From Paraspadella gotoi (Eukaryota > Animalia > Chaetognatha): 19,632 bases of DNA. The stretch spans positions 28,951,420 to 28,971,051 of the forward strand of contig CM119263.1 in assembly GCA_051294375.1 (NCBI GenBank), written 5' to 3'. The translations under genes and the position numbers were made by a program. The notes beneath the pieces are model-generated. The model saw nothing but the letters and a program-made list of their open reading frames with translations, searched no databases and had not been told where the DNA came from. Below, one piece after another: positions 10,263 to 19,632 of the stretch (position 1 is its first letter; each line of letters begins with the position of its first letter).

Positions 10263-13200
10263 AATGCTAGGTAAAGCTAATTACAAGGTATCAATATGAA
10301 AATGAGCAATTAGTGCTTTACTCTTGCAAAGTTTTTTTTTAACTCTTTAACTCTTCATCAAACAATTTTTTTCTGACTCAGCTCCTTATCTTGCTCTCAC
10401 AGTCTACACACGCCTTTTCCAAAACCTTTGCTGCAAAAATCCGAAAATAAACGATAACGATTTGCGAATGAATCGATCAACATTCGATGCAAAATATGAA
10501 AAAAAAAGCAAACATACAAAAAAACGAAGTATTAATAGAATCATAAAGATTAAGTTTTTATAATGTTAACATATTATCATTGTCTTTTCCAGTTAGCTTT
10601 TCATTAATTTATATTAATTCGACGTCAAAACTATAAATTTTATTCGCGTTATTTATTACTAAGCAAAAACATACCCTTGCATTTTTTTTTAAAGATAAGG
10701 ACAAAAGAAAATATTTTACAATATTTTAAAAAGACGAGTTAAAAAAAGCGACATAGACGAACCAAATAAGAATAGGCCTGAAATTTTTCTGGTCCGTCGC
10801 TTTCCTTAACTTAATAAGACAAAAGCCTAAACATAAATTTGAACCATGAAGACTAAAAAATTTGTTTTCTTGGTAAAAAAAACAAATTGAACACATAACA
10901 GTGAACAAACCGACCAACCAGTGTTACTGTTCGAATTCTTATTATTGTGCTCCCTTGGAAATTAAGGTCTGATATAATTTAATCAAAGTAAATGGCCCGT
11001 TTTACCTTCTTTTCAGATATGGATAGAGATTTCATATCAACCTATATCATTAACTAAAATTATAGTAGCTAATAAACCTAGATCATTATGATAAAATCAA
11101 GTTATTGAAACAATGCTTTTTCGAGTACATTACAATATAACTAAATTTTCTAAAATTTTAATGAGCGGAAATAATATTAAAATATGGAAAGAAATATTCA
11201 TTAGTCTTCAATTATTCTATCTTATTGGGTTTATTGTGTTGTGGTAAGTAGAAAGGGAGAAGATGTGAGGAGATGAGAGAAGGAGATCGGTTCCGTACGT
11301 AGATTATGATTTCGTTCATAGTATTGCAATATTTATTAATTTGATCGTGATTAATGCTAGGATATGTCGTAATTCCCGATTTTTTTGCGATTGGTGATAG
11401 TATAAGTTCAATGTCTTTGCTGTAATTCCAGAAAATAAAATTAGTGAGAGATGATGAGAGTAGATAGTATGATGAGAAGATATAGAGAGTATGAGAAATG
11501 ATAGAGAGATATGATCCGCTCTTCTTCTTTTTCCCGTTCCGAAATAACTTTACTTTCTACCTCCTCTTGTCTTGATATGACGACGTGATCGACGACGTAC
11601 GATTCTTTAACGACGTACGAAGGCATCTGATGCGTGCCTTTAATGTCTTTGGTTCACTCAATGAGGTAATTTGCAATCCGATTTTGGTCATATTTTCTGC
11701 TATGTGTTACCTTTTCTCCTCATAATTTCTTCGCACTTGAGTCTTTGGCAATTTCCTAGGATTTCACTTCGAGCATTCTCTCCATGTCTTATAGTAGCTA
11801 TTGTATACAATGGTATTTTCAGTGTTAAATTATTTCAGTTGAAGCATTACTCTTGCTTATTATGATAGTATTTTTTCCTGATTGTATCTCAAAAATTCTT
11901 CTTAGTTTCAATAATTCATTTCTTCGTTTTCTTTATAGTTTTATAGTATGGTATAATTTTAAATGGTTTTATATTTTTATTGTTGTTTTTATACGTTAAT
12001 ATAATATTAATTAATTATGTTAAATTGTTATTTCAATAGATATTATTTTACTTTTCATATATAGTGTTGTATTTTATATATCTGTATTCGATACTTTTCG
12101 ACTGCCGAGTGCGTTGTTAATCCTAAGTGGGAAGGTGTTGCGTTGGCGAAAGTATATTATTTTAGCCTTTTCAACCTCTCCTCTCTCTCTCTTCTCCTCT
12201 TCTTCTCTCCTCTTCTCTCTTCTCTCTCTCTCTCTCTCTCTCTCCCCATCGCGTTTCTATCTTCATCCCATAGACTTGATTCAAGAACAGAGAGAGAAAC
12301 AATAAACCAAGACACTTATTTGCATGCAACAGTGGGAGGAAAAACATAAACCAAATTTCGTCGTCGTCTTCGTCGTCGTCTTCGTTCGGATCGTCTTCGT
12401 CGTCCGTTCTTCGTCGTCGTTCTTCGCGTCGTCTCGTCGTCGTCTTCGTCCGTCGTCTTTCGTCGTCGTCTTCGTCTCGTCGTCCGTCGTCGTCGCGTTG
12501 TCGTGTCGTCGGTCGAGTAGCACACGAAAAATAAAAGCAACTTCTCTCCAGAAGACGCCTTGAAAAAATTTTTAAAAGAAAGAATAAGAAAAATAAAGAA
12601 GAAAGAAAAAAAAAGAAAAAAGAAAGAAAGAAATTCTATCTCCCTGTCTCTCAACTTGAAATTCCTCTGAAACTTTCCTGTAATTAAACATCCCTCCACA
12701 GTTTCACATCAATCTACTCACTGCGTCTCACAGATCCAAAAGGTCACCTAACAACTCCTTCTCAACAAACAGGATCTCTTACCAAATTACCCTACCCCAA
12801 CCCACCACCGAACGTCTCCCCTTATTTCATTCACACAGAGTAAACCATCTGAACTCACTTGCCTCCCACGCTACAACTTACCCTTTCCCTTCTCTTCCAC
12901 CCTCAATAGAGTTGAAACCACTCAAAACAAAAAATTTATTTGATATATCGAACAATGATATTTAGATGCGAGATAGTAAATGATTAACTAGTACAAAAAA
13001 TATTTCTTCATTATATCTCGGGAACAAAATAGCAAGACTAATATATTTGATAAACCTTATAAAATATAAGATTTTAAAAATAATTTATAAAACTTTAATA
13101 AAGATTCAATTCCTCATAAAAAGTTGAAAACCAAAAATATAAAACATTTATCAAAATTCTGGTCATCTTCAATTATATTTATATATATAGTATATATATT

Positions 13201-14560
13201 ATATGTATTAAATATTTTCTTGACCTTTTTACTCCTGTTAATAACTTTATATATTTAAAACATTTTAGTCATTTTTGTGATCTATAACATTAAAAATCAA
13301 TAAACATATTTTATAAAATTTTCTTAGTTTTTAACCCGCGAATCCAAATCCCTTCAAAATAAAAAAAATATTTTGAAAATTTAACGATTATAATAATACT
13401 ACCATAATATAATTGGAATTGCGTATAGCTGTTATTTCTAAAAAAATTTTAAAAGATTAAAATTCATTTAAATTATATTTCCATAGCCCACAAAAAAATA
13501 AATTTCATCAACTCAAATCTTTCATCACTTCCCACCAACCCTCAACCTATCATCTCACTTTAACTTACCCTGGCACGAATCATTAGCTTACTTTCTTTTT
13601 CACTTAACCATCTTGATCTATCTCTCCGCATCTCTCACACTCCCCTCCATCTTCTCTCACCTTTAACTTACCCAAGTTCTCACATTACCCTCGCTCACTT
13701 CCGCCCGTCGCCCTCCTTACTCTCGCCTCCCTTCCCTCTTCAGGTCAACGATCGAATTATTTCTGGTCGTGTTGTCGTTGTGTTGTTGTTATCATTTCCC
13801 GTCTGCGAGTCAAACCGGACTCGTTTACCTAAATCGAGACGTCGACAAGTCGACCGTCTACCATCTATTCATGTAAGGATGAAGACACGACGACAAAGAC
13901 ACGAAACGACAAAGACACGACAAAACGACGACGTACGATAAGACGAACACAAAGACCGACGATGACGATAAATAAGGACGACAACGACGACGATAAATAA
14001 CGAAACGACGAAACGACAACGACGATGGGATAACAACGAGGACATTAAGACAACAACGACACCGAATAAATAAAAGACAATACGTCGACGACGATGACCA
14101 CGACGACGAATGAAGAAAGACGAAGGACGACGACAAAGAAAAACAAAACGACGACCGACCGCGGTATCAGGGCACAAATACAACGGAATGAAGAGAAATG
14201 ACAAATAAGTAGGACAACGAAAAAACATTTGGGACAAAAAGGATTGTAGTGAAGGTCAATCACTAAGCAACAAATATCAAATATAAAACATAGACTGCAA
14301 ATTAAATAAAACGTGAACATATATTATGATCATAAACCATTTAACATTACCACGATAAAAAAAACTCCCAGAACACACAACGAACGACGGACCGACCACA
14401 CGACGACGAAAAGAATAAAAATACTGTGTAACAAAAAAAATGGGCGGAGGAAGAAAGACGTGAGTCGCTAATGAATTCAAGTATCACATAAACAAGTCGC
14501 GGATCGAGAGGCGAGAGAGCAGAGAGAGAGAGAAGAGAGAAGAGAGAGAGAGAGAGAAGA

Positions 14561-14592
<32 letters not shown>

Positions 14593-14700
14593 AGAGCCTC
14601 CAGCAAAAGAATATTCATGAAAAGAGGATTCCCGCATTGAGAGAAAAATCGAGAGAGATAGAGAAGAGAGAAGGGAAAAGAGAATAGAAAGAGAGAGAGC

Positions 14701-14733
<33 letters not shown>

Positions 14734-17700
14734 TTTTCGTCTCGCGTTTAGCATTTGAACGGAAATTATGGAAGAGAAAAACTAAAAAAACAACAAAAAG
14801 CGATGGTAACTTTTCAGCGCGCGCGCTACACCGGATTATGACAGGCTCTGCTTATGGAAGTAGACTGACGTAGCGCCGGAAATGTGGGGGCATTTGATAC
14901 AAGGTAGTCTGTACGACCTGTCCGCGTCGCACATTCCTAAGCAGTATATCCCCCCACCCACTCCCTCCCTACAACAACCACCAGGCACAAAATTCCCCTT
15001 CGCTCCCGACCCACTGTCCAGGAAATGGCAATTTTTACAGCCTCGTGTCATGGTGCGAATCTGTCCATGCCTTCGGTGTAGGGGAATGTTTTGTCTTGTC
15101 CATTTCCTCACTGTTATGAAACGTCCGCACTATTTGCGGTCCAGTGTCAGTAAAAACTCTTACTGATTTTTCCCGTCTGTTTCGTGTCTTTCGTGTCTTG
15201 TTCGGCTGTTCGTTAAGTCCGTCCTCTGTCCCCCTACCCATCACGGAATGAAAGCCGCCCTCCCAGTCGAAGTGAAAAAAAAAAAGTCTTCACGTGAAAC
15301 TCACCAATTAAATCTTTTCGCCCCCCCCTGCATTTTGGCAGCTTTTAATTGGCCTTTCGGATCCGCGGCCAAGAATTCGCCTGAATAATAAAAAAAGGAA
15401 AAAATTAATGTATAAAATAATAATAATTAATATAATAATATAATAATAATAATAAATAATATAATACAATAATAATAATATATAATAATAATAAACATAA
15501 TAATAATAAAGGAAATAAGATAATATATACAATTGGTTTCTTTCTATTCCTTTCATTAGAATACCTAACTTTTCCAATTTTTGTATGTTTTTAAAATCTT
15601 AAATTTTTTATCGATCTGCTTTATTCACAGATCCCGACTCTATAACTCACTTTTATAACTTCACTTTTCGTCCGTCGGTCCCCCCCCAAAATATTGTCGG
15701 GCACACACTTATATCATGTCATAAACATCGAATTATATAAATTATGCAAACAAAAATATGTCCGTGCCGTCCGTCTGTCTGTCTGTCCGTCCTCCGTCCG
15801 CCTACACGCCGCCTCCGTGCCGTTCCGTCCGTCCTCCCAGACCTTACAAAAACACCATTTAACCGTGATGGATGGGAGGACTTAAATAAATTTTTGTGTC
15901 ATAGGTAATGTGTGATTGAGCTGGATATTAAGTTTCGATGGAATCGTCCGAGTGGATAATGAGTTTAAAATTGAAAAAAACAAAAAAAAATATATTCACT
16001 ATTAACACCACCATTGCTCATGATGGATGGCTGATTGACACCTGGAAATTTGTATTGGGTAGAAAAGTGTTCTTGATTGAACAAGGAAAATCAATTTCGA
16101 TAAGATTTTAGTGGAAATGATTTAAAATGGAAAAAAACAAAAAAACCTGTTTTACTAATTGAATTATGCTCTTTTTCCTTTATATTAAAATGTATCGCAT
16201 GGGCTATAATTAAATCAAAATAATTATCATTAATTAATCAATTATAAATAAATTAATCAATAATTAATTAATAGTCAATCAATCCTCATTCCCCCATCTT
16301 AGCAAAAAGGTCTCCCAATAACTCGTGATTGGCGTTTGGATTGGAATTAAATTTGTGTGTGGTAGAAGTGTGTGATAAACGCTGGATATAACAAATTCGA
16401 TGATCGTTATGGAAATTAGTTAAATGAAAAAAACATAATCGAATTTAACTAAATCTTTTCGACTTATTTAAACCAAATAAATATCCTATTAATCAAATTG
16501 GAGGATAGATTGATTAAATTTTGTGTGGGTAGGAAAACTATGAACGAAGCTTGATATAAATGTTCAGTGAAACGTACCATGGATAATTGATATTTAAATA
16601 AAAAAAATAGTCACATTTACTTGAACTCTTTAATTTATTTAAACCCATTATAGAATTGAGAAATGAAATTTTTGGACCCTGGTAGAAAGTGAGTGAAGAA
16701 ACTAGATATAAAGTTTGACGGAATGCAAGTTGAAAAAATTATGAAGTTGAAAAAAAAATGAATGCAAGTTTAAAAAATTCTTAAAAGCATAAGATCGTCG
16801 CTATTGCATAAAAGAACGAGAGAGAATGAGAGAAAGAGAGAGTAAAAGAGGAGAGAGTGAGAGAGAAAGAAGAAGAGACCGATAAAATAAAAATCTTAAA
16901 AAACTAAGATCAGAGCCAAGCCCCTATCATAGAAAATTAATGAAAAAAACCGGGAAAAAAACGAATGAATCATCGATAAACGAATTGTTATGTACTAAGT
17001 AATTGATTGAGGAATACTAATTGATTGATGCATATAATTAATTGATGTAAAGAATTGATTATTGATCGATGAATAATCAATTATTGATGCGATCGATATT
17101 CATTCACTGCTGTATGATAGTCATTCAGTGAGCCGATGATTCCAATCATATGATTCGAGAATTTCATTCATTGATGCAATGATAGTCATAAACAAACAAA
17201 ATGCTGTAAGTGCAAGAGAGAGAGAGAGAGAGAGAGAGAAATAAAAGAGACAGAAACAGAAAGAGAGAAAGAGAAAGAGAAGAATAGAGAGAGAGAGAGA
17301 AAGAAAAGAAAAATCCACGAAAATCTCAGATGAAAAGATGGATTTTGTATTAAAAAATACCGCGGAATAACATAAATGGCAATAATAAAAATTTTTAGAA
17401 GAAAAATAATCAGAATTTTCAAAAAAAACAAACCGATCACCAAAAGAATCGTAACCAGATAGGGACAACACACACAGAGAGACAAAGAGACAGAAAAGAG
17501 AGAGAAAATAGATAGAGAGAGAGATACAGCCGCTCAGAGAAAAAGAGAAAGATAAGAGAGACATAATATAATAATAATAACTTAAACAGAAGAGAGAGAG
17601 GAGCTCTACAGCCCCTTTACTCGTTAAAGATCATCATACTTAGCCGCGAACGTAGCGAAGCATTATCTACCAAAGACCCGGTTCGCGCCTTTCGCATGGC

Positions 17701-18422
17701 ATCCGGGTTTTTTTACATTAGTGAACCCACATTATCTAAAAAAAATTTGTAAAAAAAAAAAATAGAAGAGAGAGAAGGAGAGAGAGAGAGAAACGAAGCC
17801 TGGAAACAGACCCTGCAGAGCCGGACCTTACTCGTTAAAAAAACAGCTGACGGAAGAAAAAGATAGAAATACGACATAAAAAAAACGTTTTTGGTTTGTC
17901 AATCAAAACATGAAACAAATACCAATGTATTTGATATTGAAACACATGAAATTTAAAACTTGATGATAGAACCATAATATAAAATTCAACTCCCTAATGA
18001 TATCACTAACTTTCAAATCCATATTGCAAAAAAGCGAGGACCGAGAAAGCTAAACCGAAAAAAAATCTAACTAGACGGCTTGCCCGCCCTGCTCGATAAA
18101 GAGGAATTTGTTTTTTGGATAAAATTAAAACAAAACATTTAATAACCTTCCTGACTCATTTAAGGACATCGATAGACAACTGAATATAAATATAATTAAT
18201 CTATTAATAATTTAAATCTATTAAATTTATTAATCTATTAATTAAATAATTAATTAATTCAAATAATTAATTAATTATCGTAGCCAGACCGACATTGTTT
18301 CATCAATACTTGTTATTGTTAAAATGTTTTTGGCTTCGGCGAATGGGGGGAAAATCTATATTCTAAATCTGAGTTTTTCAATTTTTTCATTTCTTCAGCA
18401 TTTTATGAAAATTTTAGGTTTC
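10263..18422 (+). repeat. Copy 2 of the 8,160-bp direct repeat
   Basis: Same sequence and ORF set as 1896-10055, including the same irregularities in degenerate microsatellites. Ends at the 25-N gap at 18423. Confidence 0.96.
15760..16767 (+). mobile_element. Duplicate of the candidate Helentron/DINE-1-like remnant at 7393-8400
   Basis: Lies within repeat copy 2 at offset +8,367. Confidence 0.5.
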
Positions 18423-18447
18423 NNNNNNNNNNNNNNNNNNNNNNNNN
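18423..18447. other. Assembly gap, 25 N
   Basis: Run of exactly 25 n ending repeat copy 2. Confidence 0.99.
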
Positions 18448-18780
18448 CAAACGACCAAAGTGTTACTTTCGAATTTCTTTTATGCTCCCTTGCGAAATTA
18501 AGGTCTGATATAATGTTAATCAAAGTAAATGGGCCGTTTTCTTCTTTTCAGATATGGATAGAGATGCATAGCAACCTATACAAACTAAAATTATAGTAGC
18601 TAATAAACCTAGACATATGATAAAATCAAGTGATTGAAACAATGTTTTCGAGTACATGTACAATAGAACTAAATTTTTTCAATAATTTAAGAGGCGGAGA
18701 ATAATAAAATGGGGAAAGAAATACAGTAGGCGCAATAATCTATGGGGTTATTGGGGGGGAAGAGGAGGGTGATTAGGAGA

Positions 18781-18806
18781 AGGAGGAGGAGGAGGAGGAG
18801 GAGGAG
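18781..18806 (+). repeat. Perfect (AGG)8 microsatellite
   Basis: aggaggaggaggaggaggaggaggag. Confidence 0.95.
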
Positions 18807-18843
18807 CGGCCGACGAAATGATTCGTCAATGTAGCAATAAATT

Positions 18844-18870
18844 GACGGAAACAGGAATCGAACCCGGGAT
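18844..18870 (-). other. tRNA T-arm / Pol III B-box-like motif (possible tRNA-derived SINE or tRNA pseudogene fragment)
   Basis: Minus strand reads atcccgggttcgattcctgtttccgtc. GGTTCGATTCC (18854-18864) fits the B-box consensus GGTTCGANNCC. No full cloverleaf is visible, and any 5' part would run into the gap. Confidence 0.3.
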
Positions 18871-18901
18871 TTTTTTGCGATGGGGAGATGTAAATCATGG
18901 G

Positions 18902-19128
18902 NNNNNNNNNNNNNNNNNNNNNNNNNNNNNNNNNNNNNNNNNNNNNNNNNNNNNNNNNNNNNNNNNNNNNNNNNNNNNNNNNNNNNNNNNNNNNNNNNNN
19001 NNNNNNNNNNNNNNNNNNNNNNNNNNNNNNNNNNNNNNNNNNNNNNNNNNNNNNNNNNNNNNNNNNNNNNNNNNNNNNNNNNNNNNNNNNNNNNNNNNNN
19101 NNNNNNNNNNNNNNNNNNNNNNNNNNNN
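18902..19128. other. Assembly gap, 227 N
   Basis: Run of n followed on the right by a perfect (ACG)n tract. Confidence 0.99.

Positions 19129-19162
<34 letters not shown>
19129..19162 (+). repeat. Perfect (ACG)11 microsatellite at the gap edge
   Basis: acgacgacg... immediately after the 227-N gap. Confidence 0.95.
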
Positions 19163-19632
19163 AGGCAATCGAGCGGCCAATCTTGGTTCGACCAAGAGGA
19201 ATGCAACGAGTTGGTCAATTCGCTAATGGGTTTACTTTTCTCCCAAATTTCTTCGCACGAGTCTTTGGCATTCCTAGATTCACTTCGAGCATCTCTCCAT
19301 GCTAAGAGGCATGTAAACAAGGGTATTTTCAGGTAAAATCAGTGAAGCATACCGCTATGTAGAGTATTGTCGAGTATGCTTCAAAATCCGAGTTTCAAAT
19401 TTCATTTTCTTCGTTTTTCTATAGTTAAGTATGTAAATTAAATGGTTAGTATTTTTAATGTTTTTTTACGTTTTTAAATATAATATTTATAATGTAAATT
19501 GTATTCAATAGAAATTTTGTACTCAAAAAGTGTTGTTATGATAATCGTTATTCGATACTTTTCGACTGCGAGGCGTTGTTAATCCTAAGTGGGGAGGTGG
19601 TTGCGTTGGCGAAAATATTTTTTGGCCTTTTC

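Larger units (their letters stand above)
18448..19632 (+). repeat. Diverged, shorter version of ~2539-3805 (and ~10906-12172), interrupted by a 227-N gap
   Basis: Shared colinear anchors: aaattaaggtctgatataat, ttcttttcagatatggatagagat, gagtctttggca, gatttcacttcgagcat (gattcacttcgagcat in this copy), ttcgatacttttcgactgc, gcgttgttaatcctaagtggg. Confidence 0.93.

Noticed and set aside
1896-18422. Genuine macrosatellite, rDNA or histone-type tandem unit, or LTR pair with 8.4-kb period
   Set aside because: No rRNA, histone or retroelement sequence is recognisable, both copies end at placeholder gaps, and they share apparent read errors.
631-18462. 15-bp direct repeat as the target-site duplication of a giant 17.8-kb mobile element or integrated virus
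   Set aside because: Both copies abut N-gaps, the enclosed DNA is itself a copy of the flanks, and no transposase, integrase, LTR or terminal inverted repeat is visible. A contig overlap is the simpler explanation.
68-19336. All ORFs in the supplied six-frame track as protein-coding genes
   Set aside because: They are short and mostly translations of microsatellites (poly-LS, R/T/D, Y/I) or N-runs, with no recognisable domain. Frames are not preserved between versions of the same DNA: for example, ORF 68-346 has no counterpart near 1930-2230.

Overview
AT-rich, microsatellite-rich, apparently non-coding eukaryotic DNA (the repeat types suggest an invertebrate, but I cannot assign a taxon) from a gapped draft scaffold. 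N-runs lie at 646-655 (10 N), 10056-10080 (25 N), 18423-18447 (25 N) and 18902-19128 (227 N). The window is dominated by an apparently base-identical 8,160-bp block present twice (1896-10055 and 10263-18422, offset 8,367), each copy ending at a 25-N gap. The flanks (1-645 and 18448-19632) are a third, shorter version of the first ~1.9 kb of that block, and they overlap each other by an exact 15-mer next to the gaps. The block differs from the flanks mostly by single-base insertions and has eroded microsatellites. The best explanation is that one uncorrected long read was pasted twice during gap filling, so ~17.8 kb is probably redundant or misplaced rather than a real tandem duplication. No listed ORF is a credible gene. 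The real biology I can see is repetitive: a GTCY microsatellite followed by a diverged ~150-165-bp tandem array (DINE-1/Helentron-associated architecture), several small hairpin cassettes, and a tRNA T-arm/B-box motif cut by a gap. I found no support for a novel biological system.
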